A stretch of 64,000 bases of DNA from Setoptus koraiensis (lineage: Eukaryota; Animalia; Arthropoda): assembly GCA_048013815.1 (NCBI GenBank), contig CM106586.1, positions 13,330,001-13,394,000 on the forward strand, written 5' to 3'. Made by a program: the position numbers and the translations under genes. Of the stretch, positions 35,039 through 48,247 are shown piece by piece. The notes under the pieces are model-generated. The model did not search any database, was not told where the DNA came from, and was given only the letters and a program-made list of their open reading frames with translations. Position 1 is the stretch's first letter; every line of letters starts with the position of its first letter.

Positions 35039-35244
35039 TCGTCACATCGTCCACCGGCACGGGCTATCATGACGATGCCACATATCCGATTATGCAATCA
35101 AACAGTCACTCAGCAATCAACAGTGTCAACACGACCGCCATTGACGGCCAGCACGAGGACACAAACACAAATCTGGTCTCACAAACACAACTGTCGCCAC
35201 ACTTGCACCACCACCACCAACAACAACAGCAACAGCAACAACAG

Positions 35245-35282
<38 letters not shown>

Positions 35283-36105
35283 ACAGCAACAACAAATCGA
35301 GCTCGAAAACGCTCTAGATAGTGAGTCGCCAGCAAGTAAGGTCAAAATACCAGCTTTAGATAGGTACAATTTGCGCGAAAAGTCGATAAAGAGTCGCATC
35401 GAGTGCGAACGCAAAAAGAGGCGCACAAGTGTGATTATAGCAACGGCGGACAGCAACACAACAACCAACAGCAACCATAAGTCACCGCTGCTGCTGACCA
35501 GCAACAACATCAAATTGCCGGGCCAGCAAACAACGGCCAGTGCAATGGAGGCGAGCGAAGACAATAGCGAAAACCAGACCAACACCAGACAGCGCCACAA
35601 ACAGGTGAAACAGCCCGCCAACAAGAAACAAAAGCTTCAACAGAGCTCAAACAACGCTGATGTAACAACAACAACAACAGCAACAACCACAACAACTACA
35701 AGCAAAAGCAAGGCGCCACCGTTGAGCAAATATAGGCGAAGAACGGCCAACGCCAGAGAAAGAAACCGAATGCAAGAACTCAATCAGGCCTTCGAATTGT
35801 TGCGCAAGGTTGTGCCGCACACACTCATAGAGTCGCTGGCAACAGGTAGCTGTGCCAGCGTCACCAGCGACGGGGGCCTCAGCTGCGGCGGAAGTAGCTG
35901 CGGCGACGGCGAGAACAAACTAACAAAAATAAATACTCTCAAATTGGCCAAAACCTATATTGAGGCGCTGAGCGAGGTGCTGAACGAGGACGACAGACAG
36001 CGGGGCAAACGGGAACAGCAGCAAGCCGGCTCGCCCGATGGCCAGCAGCGGTCGGGCCTTGCAGCGAGGGTGTGTCCACACCACGGGCCGGTCACCACCA
36101 CCACC

Positions 36106-36141
<36 letters not shown>

Positions 36142-38373
36142 AACAAAAACAAATCATCAATGAATGGCGCAACGCATAAATTATCAGTAACAGATAGCAA
36201 CGACCACCGTGATAACAGCAGCGACAAGCAATCAATTAAACTAACTAGCAATCAAGGGGCCAGCACGGGTAATACAAGACTTGAGCCGGCGTCATCGTCG
36301 TCGGATGGCCGCCAGGTGAAGTCATCAGGAGCAGCTCACAACCATGATAATAATCTCATAGAAACAGATACTCAACAGCGGCGGCGGCAGCAGCAACAAC
36401 GGCAACAACAGCAGCAACAAACTAAACAAAATGATCAAATGGTGATTAACAACAACAGCAACAACAACAACAACAATCAAATCAATCAATCAGCGGAGGT
36501 GCGCCACCACCTAACAGACGCCAACTGCGTCGTGATGCAATCGATGCGCCAACACGACGGGCCAACATATCAAAGCGAGCGAGAGCAACAACAAATCAGA
36601 GCGGCCGATGACGCAATAGCGACCGTGATGCAAAGTCGTCATGATCAATTGAGCGACTCGCCAACAATGTCCTCACCTGGTGGCGTGTCCATAGCAACGG
36701 CGATTAGTCAGCAGCTGCGACAGCAGCAGATTTCGCACAGCGGCAACAGCAGTTTGGCCATAGTTCCGGTCAATGAGAGCATGCCAACGGCAGCATCATC
36801 GCCGCAAACAATAACCGCGCCAACCACGGTGGCCAATCAACTGCAACTGCAGCAGTCAATCGGTTGCGCCAATAATAACAGCGGCAACAACAGCAATTGT
36901 CAGCGAGAAAACGCCAGCCAGCAAATAAACAACAGCAACGAGAATCAATCAACAGGTAATCAATCAATGATGCTGATGATGCAACAGCAGCAGCAACAGC
37001 AGCAGCAGCAGCAATCCATCTTGTTAACATCTAATCAGCATGCGATAATTGGTTGCATCAATCAAGAACAAGTGAAACAAATGCAACAGGTGAACAATCA
37101 GCAGCAGCAGCAGCAAACGATTCTAGTCACAAGAAACCAACAGCAGCAACAGCAACAGCCCCAGACCATTGCAGTGGCCATCTTGGGTTGCATTCCAGCC
37201 TCAATGTTTCAAACTGCTGCTGCTGCTGCTGCCACTAACCAGCAGCAACAGCAGCAAACAATTAATAGTCAATCATCAATTACAATTGATGGCAACAATT
37301 TGATTGGCGCAAAATTAGTGCAATTAGCGAGCGGCCAGCAACAGCAACAACTGACCAGCGCAACAATCAACAACGGCCACACAATTAACATCAGCAACAA
37401 TTCAAGTCAAACAATATATCAGCTGCAACAGCACACCAATCACCTAGATTTTGCCACTGGCCAAAGGCAAACAACTTGTCAACAACAACAACAGCAACAA
37501 CAACAGCAACAACAACAACAACAACAACAACCAACAACAACTAACAACAACAACACGCAATGCAACGGTGCCCAAGCAATGCAACTAATTAACGCTAACG
37601 GACAATTTAATCATTTCACCATAATGAGGCCAGCACAATTGATACAATTGCAGCAGCAGCATCAGCAGCCCCGAACAACCACTTGTAACAACATATCAGC
37701 AACTATTATAGGTCGGCAGCAGGTGAGCAGCGGTTTGCCTGCGACAACTATCACCACTGCACCAACAACAACAGCAACAACAACAACTAACAACGCCAAC
37801 AACTGCGCCATGTTGCACAACAACCAACTACTGCTGCTGCAACAGCAACTGCCCGATAACAATCTCGCCAGGCCACCTACAACAACCATGTGCATCAACA
37901 TTGACCAACAGCAGCAACAACAACTGCTCTTACAATCAAATCAACTGCAGCAACATCAACAACAACAGCAGCAACAACAACAACAATTTCAAGTGCACCA
38001 GCAGCACTTGTTTGCGTCAATGGGCAAGCAACAACAACAGCAACAACAACAGGAGCACCAATTGGACGTACGCCAACTGCTAACCAAGTTCAGCAATCAA
38101 CTTGTTGCAAAGCGCTCGTTGCACAATCATCACAACGGGCCCGCTAATCAAGGCCACCAGCCTGTGCAAAAGAAAACGTATCGTTTCCATAACTACGACG
38201 ACATTCCCGACATCCAGGCCATCAATCAATCGACGGCCCTGGCGGCCACTATGTCAATTAACCAGCAACAGCGCAACCACCATAACAACAACAATTGTTC
38301 CAGTAATAGGCCCTCGTCGCGCGCCTCTAGCGGTCACACAAGCTGCTCTGTGTCGCCCGCGCAAACTCTCTAA
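34555..38373 (+). CDS. dei: Delilah/taxi-family group-A bHLH transcription factor (atonal superfamily), ~1272 aa, extremely Q/N/H/T-rich
   Basis: [36 protein letters not shown]...[18 protein letters not shown] (about 35710-35982) matches the Delilah signature [16 protein letters not shown]...KLTKITTLRLA, with the long loop typical of the family. First ATG 34555, TAA 38373. AATAAA at 39078 and 39086. Confidence 0.87.
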
Positions 38374-39077
38374 TTGTTGTTGTTGTTGTTGTTGTCGTTG
38401 TTGTTGTTGTGTCTACAAACAAAGACTATTTAAACTGCTCCAACTGTAGTGTGCAACGGACAACGACTCAACGATCAGCTGATCGGTGCAACCGCAACAA
38501 ACAATGACAAGTGTGATGATTGAACAAAACCGGAGGACAAACAAAGGGGGACAATACTCAAAGTGTGCCGAGTGTTGCCTAACCAACGTGCCGCCTATAA
38601 ACGCACCGCGGGCCGGTGTCGGGCGCAGGCGACGAGCGCGGTCGCCGCGCGCTTATAGGTCCAACTATGCATATCACGGAATGTCCGAATCGGTGGCTGC
38701 TTTGGTCGTTGCTTTGGTTGTTGCGCTCGTTGTTGAGCTTGTTGTTGATGTTGTTGTTGTTGTTGCCAGTGTCGGACGGCAGAGGGTAGCGCTGCCGAGA
38801 GGCGTTGACAGGCGCAAGATTGATGGATTGCCGATCGATTGGAGACACACAAGCAGCGCGTAAGTGACTCGCAACAACAACGACAGCAACAACAACAGCA
38901 ACTACAACAACCACAACAACAGCGGCAGCAACAGCAACAACGACAACAACAGCGACAACAACGGGCAACAACCGAGCAACAACGGCAACGATATCGACGA
39001 CTGCAACAGCCACACTTTTATAGGCTGGCTAGGTGAGCGTGCGTGCGTGCCAACGAGAGGCCATGAAAACCAAACCA

Positions 39078-39091
39078 AATAAATTAATAAA
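39078..39091 (+). terminator. Tandem polyadenylation signals of the dei-like gene
   Basis: AATAAATTAATAAA about 700 nt after the stop codon. Confidence 0.5.
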
Positions 39092-39526
39092 CAACAAGTG
39101 TTTCCAGCGACGATGACTCGATCCGGCGGAGCTTCGTTCTTCGCCCCTCTCGATCTTTTCTTTTCCCTTCGTCTCGTTCTTTCCGTTTCCTTCGTCTCGT
39201 TCTTTCGGTCTGCTTCGTCTCGCCTCGTTCTTTGGGTCTCGCCAGTTGGCCGTTGCAAATGCATGCGCGTCTGCTCGTAGCCCACTCTCGAGCGTCGACA
39301 GCTCGACTCGCAACTTTTGCCAGCGGCTCGGTCTTGCCAGTGGCTCGGATGGTGCTGAGTCGAGCGCCCGCTCTCGTTAGGCAGGCAAACTGGAAAAAGG
39401 CGCGAAACAAGTGCTTGCAAACACTTGCTCTCGACAGTCGATTGTCAGTCACCAAACAGCACTGACAAGGCCGCTGTGTCGACGCGAATCGCACAGGTTA
39501 ATTGCCAGAGGCTCAGGCCAAGTTTT

Positions 39527-39579
39527 GATATTGTGAGCGGGGGGCTCACAATATCGCAAGTCGACTTATAGGTAAGTCG
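39527..39579. repeat. Two adjacent hairpins (12-bp stem with G5 loop; 7-bp stem with 4-nt loop)
   Basis: GATATTGTGAGC-GGGGG-GCTCACAATATC, then CGACTTA-TAGG-TAAGTCG. Confidence 0.85.
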
Positions 39580-40539
39580 GTCTAATGACTTGCGAGCTGA
39601 TGAAGTCGATGGGTTTATTTGTGTGTCTCATTATAAACAAACATACATAATAAACGAGCGAGATTTCGTTTCTTATTTACTTTTTGGCATTCGCATAAGC
39701 GTACACACAATCGCACAGTTATCTCGTCTCGTTCATCAGCCGCCACTGACAACGGTGCCAAAACTCAGCCAATTAGCTTGCCACAAGACACTCGTTACCG
39801 TTATTTCTTGTTTGTGTTGTGTCGTGTTGTGTTGTGTTGTGTTGTGTGTCTAAATCTAACAAGACTAACACTTGTTGCAAGGGCTGCACTAAAGGTGCAG
39901 TTACGTCACTGGTGACTCGCTGACACTTGGCGCCTGGCTGGCAACTTGCAGCCAGTTGATTTCGACTTTCAGATCAAATTTTATTTCAACAGCAACAGCA
40001 AACAATCTCGGTGATGTCAGTGAGTCAGTGCCAGACTCGAGAGCCAGTCGTTAAGCCCACTACAACAACTACAAATACAACCACGGCTCCTCCTTTATCG
40101 CTGACGCCCCCACACAATTTTGATCGCATTTAATGTTTGTTTCATTGTAGTTTCTCGGTATTTGCTTGATAGTTGCGGTTTTCGTTGCTGTTGTTGTTGT
40201 TGTTGCTGTTGCTGCTGTTGCACTCACCGATTCAATGGAAACAACACAAAACAAAAATTAATCAACTTTGTCTGTGTGTCGTGCCAGTTAACCGTTTAAA
40301 AATGAGCGACCAGCAAGGTCGCATGTTCATTATCAACCAAACCAGGTCCAATCTAACAACCAGCAACCAGCCGTGATTTCAATCTTAAATCGCTGACAAT
40401 CACTCTCTTGCATTGTTAGTGCGCGACCTACCTGTTGAGGGGCTGGCGGATGCCAACATTTTAACAGCGCCACCTTTTGTCATCGAACATAACTACTGCA
40501 TGCAATCAAGCACTGATCGCAGGCACGGTGGGCGCAGTC

Positions 40540-41451
40540 TAGAGGTGCGCTCCTATATCCACGGCCAATATCCGATCCGTTTGAAAAAAAAATTCTAGAT
40601 TCGATCCGTCCATGGATATCCGTATATTTTGAAAAGAGAGTCACGGATTATCCACGGACATCTGCGGATCATCCGTGGATTTGGCACAGAATTGCAATAT
40701 CCACGGCACATAAAATGCAAATTATCCGTGGATCCGTGGATCACGGATAATTTGCATCGTACATGCTCCATCTTTACGCTCACCGATACTTTTAAGCCGT
40801 CTCTACGCTCACTTTAATGAATTAAAGGATTCAGCGCTCACTCTTGCTGTTTGTATCTCGACGCTCACTCTTGGTGTTTGCATCTAGACGCTAACATTCT
40901 CCCGATGCTAACATTAGTCTTGACTCCAGTATGAGTCCCGATGATAACCAACTGTCGACATGGGTGAGGATCGAAAGACCGAATATCAAAAGACCAAATA
41001 CGTTTGACCGAAAATCGAATGAGCGAATACGTTTGAACGAACGTCGAAAGGCCGAGCGTTTATTTGGTCGAATGTTACAAATGCCCGAACATCAATATAA
41101 ACTTAATATCTTCCTCTATCAGACTCTGACGATACGTTTAATATGTTGGCTCATGATGGGCGAAAACTCTTCGACAGTTTTGTTAGGTCTATCCATATAG
41201 ACTTCAAGAATCATCGCTCCGAGACGAGTAGAAGCTGTTCTTGCATCCTCACCTCGTTGGATTTTTCTTGAATCCGTGGATATTCATCAGTATTCACGGA
41301 TGTCCATGGATATCCGTGATTTTTTCTAAGATTTTCAATCCGTCCGTGGATAATAGGCGCTTAAATTTGGCGACCCGAGTCCGATCTGAGTCCGCCGCGG
41401 ACGGATTTTCGACGGATAATCCGCGGATTCAGATCGGACCACGCATCTCTA
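40540..41451. mobile_element. Non-autonomous hAT-like DNA transposon derivative (MITE-like)
   Basis: Imperfect terminal inverted repeats TAGAGGTGCG (40540-40549) and CGCATCTCTA (41442-41451; reverse complement TAGAGATGCG). Dense subterminal ATCCG/ATCCGTGG/CCACGGA repeats at both ends (40557-40750, 41290-41440). No transposase ORF. No matching 8-bp target-site duplication. Confidence 0.6.
40715..40757. repeat. 16-bp-stem hairpin inside the hAT-like element
   Basis: ATGCAAATTATCCGTG-(11 nt)-CACGGATAATTTGCAT. Confidence 0.9.
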
Positions 41452-42089
41452 CTGCACACAAATATTAACGATGGGCGCCGTCTCGTTTATCGCAGCGCGC
41501 AAAAAATGCCACTAAAGTCCGCCAGTTGATTGCAAATTGGTATCGTGTAGTCTGTTGCGTTGCGATGATCAGTTGGTGCGATCATCGTACATTTTAAGTA
41601 ACTTTTGCAGCTATTATTTGCAGCTAAACAGACCACCACTTGTTGGACTCACTTAATTTGGTGCACAACAGTGCACAGAGCGACGAAAAGTGGTGCAAAT
41701 CGGTGCAAAATGGTGCAAAATGGTGCACAGCTATCCAGTTTGTGACCAATGGGCAATGGCCTAATGGGCTTGCCAAACGACTGCCAAAAGTGAACAAGAG
41801 ACTGTCGTGGGTCATGACGATGCTCGAGACATTACTAATTAGTGAGACAGCGAGAATTCAGGCTAGCAATGTCATCAAATTAATGAGAGTTTGCCTGGCT
41901 TGGCCAAAGTGAAAAGTAAGTAGCTACTAGGCGATTCTTTAATTAGTGTGCGTCTAGTCTATTTTGCTTGCCCTCTGGCAGCTCGATGCCGAGACGCTAA
42001 ACAAACTTGGATTCGCCATTGATTTCTTCTCTGCCATAACGAGCGCCGTCTATTTGTTTGACGTTTGACGTCTAGCTTGTTGTTGTTGT

Positions 42090-42124
<35 letters not shown>

Positions 42125-42604
42125 TTGTTGTTAATGATGGTGGCGCTGGCATCGTCTGGGCGGCATGAGTTTGCGACGCAATCAGATAATAGACAAAAAT
42201 TAATATTATCACTATTATCGAGTTCCTGTTGAGTGAGATGCTGTATCAACACACACACAAACACACTCACAAATACAGATTAGATCATGCTCAATGAATT
42301 AAACCAACCAGACGACGCTCAATTGAAAGAGAGTGCAATAAATCAAGTGCAAGCGCAAGTTTGCATGATGCGATTAGAATAAGAAATGACAACAAGTCAC
42401 CTTGTCGTTGTTGTTGATGTTAATTGATTTTTACATTTGTTGGCTGCTTTGGATTGGCCACTTTGCTTCAGAATAGTCGCTTCACCTTCAACTTTTCTGT
42501 TGCGTTCATTTGTCAAACTCACTGTGAGCAGCTAAGACGAAATAACTTTCGCTCTATCAACAGCACAACTTAGTTGTGTATTTATAGTCCGAGCATGAGA
42601 CGAG

Positions 42605-42635
42605 CTCATTTTATCATGAGCAATGATAAAATGAG
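42605..42635. repeat. 13-bp-stem hairpin
   Basis: CTCATTTTATCAT-GAGCA-ATGATAAAATGAG. Confidence 0.9.
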
Positions 42636-45570
42636 TCTGTGAGCAATTAAAATTAACAACGCAATTGTTGCGATTAGAAGCGTCAGAAATTAAAAATTAG
42701 TCAGAGGCGCATGTGGCCATGGTTTCGGTGAGCGGCAACTTTCGGTATGGCAACTTTTGCCGGCTACTTTTAGTCGGAATCGCCCAGCGAAGCGGCTCAA
42801 TGGAACGCAACCCGATTTAAGTGAATTGTTTGCAATCGTTGGTCGCTATTCGCTGAGCTGGTCGCACTCAAGGGGTCGGGTATGCCGGCTCGCCGGCGGT
42901 GCCCAACACTGCCGGCACTGCCGACACGAAATAGGGCTACCGGCGCCACCCGCGCACAATCGGGCGACAGTGAAACTATTGTCTCATTAGCGGGAGTCAC
43001 TTGTTGCCTTTTATTGGCGCTGTCCTAAAATGTCAGCGGTCATTTGCTGGTCATAAATAGTTTGTGTGGCCATACTTGTTTGATGCGGCTCCGCCGATGC
43101 GCCGTTCGTCGGGCAAATGGTCGTATGGCACAACAAGTGCCGCGAACACCATTCAATGGCAACAGCATCAATTGCTAGATGCTGGCTGGCTGGCTGGCAG
43201 GCATTCTTTTTTCGTTGGCACGATTTGTCTCTGTGTGAGAATTATTTAAATTTATCATATAAATTCAAATGGCTCTCAATGTGCTTGCGCCGATGAAAAT
43301 AAGCTGGCACCTAAAATAGAGATGATTATATGATTTATTGGCTGCTTGTGTGAGGCGAGTGTGGTGGTGGCCCTCGCAATCTTCGCTCATATTCGTCGTC
43401 ACGGGAGGCATCACAAGTTAGTCAAGTATATTAATGTGCGCTAACTAGATATTTGATCAATTCAGTGGTTGCATGGGTCTTGCATTGGTACACATACAGA
43501 CACATTACATTGGGCAAACAACAACGACAACAGCCATAGAATACGATGATTTATTTGCCTCTATGCGCCTTTATTACCTGGCCGTATGTGCACTACACCT
43601 GTCGTCGTTGTTTCTTGCTGTTGTTGCTGTTGCTGCTGATGTTGTTGCTGTTGCTGTTGTTGAGTCGCAAAACAACAATTTTACTGCTTGTATGATGATG
43701 TAATATGACCATAACAACAACTATGGCTATACTCTCAATCTTAACAGTGGACAGGTGAGCAATAGTGGCCACTAATCACACAACTTGTGCTCATCATCGT
43801 TCTAAGCGACAAGACTCCCATTTATCTGTCCATCCCAATTTATTATTTAAAATTATTATTCAACTAATTCAACTAAATAGAGATCATCATGACGTCAAGA
43901 GCAAAAATCAAGTCACACACCCGTTTCGGCACTCATCAAAGACACCTGTATCATCGTGATAAGTGCACACATTACTTGTTGGCCTCGATAATTTTGTGAA
44001 TGGTTTGATGGAATGATTTTTTTTATAATTATCCTCATTCACCCTCGAACACACACGGCCAACGGCCAGCAAAAGTTTTGTCCAAGTATGGCGAGCTTGC
44101 TTGTTGATTCATTTTATTGGTTGCTTTTCATTGCCAAACACGACGAATTGACCAGTTGTGCTCACCATCGAAAAGTTTTTCTATTCCTTTTTGCCCGACT
44201 CCGGCCAACAATCGATGTTGCGTGGCTCGAAGTTACAAAAAGCGTAATAATTTCGGAACTGTCAATTGCCAGATCATTAGGGATGTCCAGTGAATAATGA
44301 TATTTTGCGATGGTGCACAAGTTGATACAAAATAGATACAAATTCTAATCGATAGTGCTTGCAAGCAGCACACAGATCGTACAGGGCCCTCAAGTGGATT
44401 TAGTGACTCACTAAAAAAGTAGTGACTCACTAAAAAAAGTGGTGGCTCAAGTACAGGTGAGGTGACTGGTGAATCTGCCAGGAGATTTGAGACCAGAGAG
44501 AAGATTCGATACCAGAAAGAAGCGTTGAGCTGCCTTCTCTCGAGCCACTGGTTGCTCATGGGTGCCATCGCGTAAGTTTGCGTTCGCTTGTATGGAGAGC
44601 GAATGCGATAATAATAATAATTGTTTTGCGAGACTCACCAAACAAACGGTCATCCATTTGTATTTGAGTGAGCGTTTGTGCGCATTTTCGTTCTTGTTTG
44701 TATCGGTGTTTAGCAATTAGAGCAGATAAACTAGAGCAAGATCGATGATACACAATCGTGTGAGTTATATATTATCGCGCAACAGGGCAGGCAAACAACA
44801 TGAGTAGCCGCACTGGCCGCCACCGATCCCCGGGTGGCGCAATCAAAACAGCTCACCTGGTGGTCGCACCTGATCGGCCGGTTTGTATGGCAAACTGGTC
44901 ACTTGAATATTAAACGCTAACAGCAAGTATAACATTGGCGATGGCTGTTGTTGGTGGTGGAACAAGCGCAAAAGAGCCAACAACAATTAGTGGCCCTCTT
45001 GCGGGGCGCTTCCGTAGTGCGATGTTTCATGCCAAGATAAATCACCTCTCTCACTCACCTGTGTCATGCATGTTGGTTCAAGCGATAACCACTGACTGCT
45101 GATGAAACGCTTGTTTGTATGTTGCGCAAATGGTCGCTTGTTTGTATCTGTCGGCCGATATGAACAGTTGATTTTGTGAAAAATCATACTCAACGACGAT
45201 CATCGTACGATTTTGGGCTGCCGAAAATTGATTCCGAGACACAGCGTCATTAGCTGCGGTTTCGCAGCAGAGGCTGGCGTCTGCTCGGGCATCGTAGACC
45301 TCATGCATGCGAGCGTCGATGTTTTTCTTGGCTAGGTGTGCCGGAGCAATTAGGTAAATGGTTAGCTGTGTGCTGTGTGTGAGTTATTGGATTTGAAATA
45401 TATGGCAAGATGAGATTATCCATCATTGCGATGATGGTCGCAAAGTCGCACAATTTGCAGCAGACTGGCGCACGATTTGCCAGCGCGTCAAGGCGAGATT
45501 CGTCTGTCAAATTATTGTGTCATTATTGTTGTCGCTGTCACTGGCAGCCCGTCAGCTCAATCTCAGCCAT

Positions 45571-45634
45571 ATATCAGCCGAATATCAGCCGAATATCAGC
45601 CGAATATCAGCCGAATATCAGCCGAATATCAGCC
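45571..45634. repeat. Tandem 11-mer (ATATCAGCCGA) x ~5.8
   Basis: Read directly from the sequence. Confidence 0.9.
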
Positions 45635-46360
45635 ATGCGTCAGCTCGATCGAGTGCTCGATTAGTCAGGCCGAAGCCTCTGTAAACACACTCATGGCGCA
45701 ATGTTTATTCAGAGGATTCAAAGCTAGCCGCTTGCGCAATAATGGATATACTGCAAATGGGCCATTGTTTTCCTGTTGACACCAATGCGTCAGTTTTGCT
45801 GTTGCGTAACATGCCTTTTGAGTGTTTGTTTGTTTGCTTGTGAGCAAAGGCTTAGCGGCGGCTGATTTGCGCGACAATCCACTAGTCAGCTAATTAGTCT
45901 CTCTCGTCTTGCAGCCTGCAAGTTACAGACATTACGTCACAACGGTCTATCCGGTATGACCACTGTCGCCCGCATAATACCTACACACGCATTCATACAT
46001 GCGGTATGAGATGCGCGATATGACATGAGTGCCGGATATATCGCGCTCTGCAAAGTGATTGCTGCGTCGTTGGCGCACAATTTCCGTTGTCTCTCCGCAC
46101 CGGATGTTGCGCTCGTGTCCAATTGGTGCGCGCAAGGCTGCGCTGCCGCTCGGGCCGGATAAACTCGTTGACGGAGTGGATCAGTTGCGGCCCAACTGTG
46201 TTTTTAATGCCTGCCTATGTGCTACTTATGTACTTAAATATCTGATAATAACCTTTTACGTTATCATAGAATGTAACGTTCGGCTCGATGCTGCGCTGCC
46301 AAAACTAGCGGCGACCGTTCAAACTAACTACCAGTTAGTTTCTATCGATCAATACCGGCC

Positions 46361-46436
46361 CGGCGACAATCAACGGCACCAGCGGCGACGACAATCAACG
46401 GCACCAGCGGCGACGACAATCAACGGCACCAGCGGC
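46361..46436. repeat. Tandem 25-mer x 3
   Basis: ACAATCAACGGCACCAGCGGCG recurs at 46366, 46391 and 46416. Confidence 0.9.
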
Positions 46437-48211
46437 GGCGCCAATTGTCAACTCGTGCCATCCCCAACAGGGACTGCAAGTACAGCCTAACTCGCCCTGA
46501 AGCTCGATGCTCCCCATCGAGTGGTCTAGATGGCGCCACTTCGGCCGGCGAGCCGCAGCTGGGCACTCGGGTGCCCGGCTGCAGGGTGTTGTGGTGCGCA
46601 ACTCGCGGTACGCAAGACGCCAGCAACTCTTGCCGAGGCTCTTGTCGGGCTTGCCGATCCGCTGATATAACTTGGTTGTTGGTGCAAGTTGATTTGTGCG
46701 TTTATATCTATGGAGTGGCAGTAGATTTGCAGTTTCCAGTTTTGGTCACGAGCTGATGAGCGCTTGCGCTAGGTTCATTCATGTTTATAAGCGATGCAAT
46801 CGTCAATGTGCAACAATGTTAGCGTGCGCGTGCCTAGTCTCACTACTCGGCTTGTGATAGTTATGTAACACATGTTACAATTCATTAATCCATCGACAGC
46901 GACAACTCGAACAGCAACGGCGACAACAACAACAACGACAACGACAACGAACACGACAACATCGACAACGCCGACAACTGCATCAACAGCGAACACACAG
47001 CGGCCAGCATCACACAGTGATAGGCATGTTAGCCAGTGTCGCAGCGCCAGCTTCCGGTCAGTCCGATTTGAAATTGTTTAGAATGGTAGTTGACAAAAGA
47101 GATACATAGTTGACCTAGTTGTGCGCGGCCAGTACGCAGTTCAGCCAGGTACCAGGCAACCGTGGTGGCCCCAAGTGTCACAAAGCACAATCATCGCATC
47201 GAATGGTCGAAAGCTGGCTCAGTGAGAAGTTTGAATTTGCGAGTTGGCCCATTCAAACCAATTGCGACAAATTAACCTGCCCAGGGCTGACGATTTCAAC
47301 GATATGATACCTCAACGATATGATACTTCAACGATATGATATTTCAAATTTGAATCTTCCTCACACAACAACTGGCGTCCGAGCTGCGTTTGCATCGTCG
47401 TGAACATCGTGAACACTGTGAATCGCACCCAGCAGCCACAGCCGCAAGTCACAATCGGCGCAAGGTCATCACTTGATCGCGAGTCGCCCCACCAGCAAGA
47501 CGACAAAATCAGCATCGTGCCTCGTGATTGATAGTGCCAAGATCGTTATCTCGCATTTGCCATCGACGTGGCGCTCTTTTTGTGGCGCCCCTTTTGTGAC
47601 GTGAGGCTGCCCCCTTCCGAGAATTGGATAATATAATCATTTATGGTCAGCACACACACACACTCACTCACCATTCATAGCAATAGCAAAGAAAAATGCC
47701 AACAACGACGACAACAACGACAGCAACAACAACAACAAGCTGGACGACAGAATCAATGATGCAATGCAACAACAACAAGAGCTATTAAATCGATTGAATT
47801 GAATGAAAAATTTCATCAGAGCGTGCTTGTCGTGGCAGCCGGACAACAACAGTCAATAGGTTCAATAGCAGGCTAGTCAATAGCGAATAAATTGAATAAA
47901 TCCATTCAATTTCTGAGCTGGCCATATCTCTGCTTCACTGTGTTCCATTGATACCTATGGGTGAATATTGCCAGCAGCACTAGATAACTACAACTCTTGC
48001 ATAAGGCTCATGTAAGTCGCCCCATCGCTTCGTTGCAAGCGGCTTAACGGTATTTCAGGCCGATCATTTATATATTGAATATATATTGAGATATATGTTG
48101 AGATCATAAGTATACAATAATGATGATATGTGGCGTGTGTGTGTCACAATAACATCAATGGGGCCCCAGTGATTTATCAAATCGATGCAATCAACGTACA
48201 AGAAAGCGACC

Positions 48212-48247
<36 letters not shown>

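Noticed and set aside
39529-39553. Resemblance to the lac operator (ATTGTGAGCG...GCTCACAAT)
   Set aside because: Only partial identity, with a G5 spacer and no vector or bacterial sequence around it; treated as one of the endogenous hairpins.
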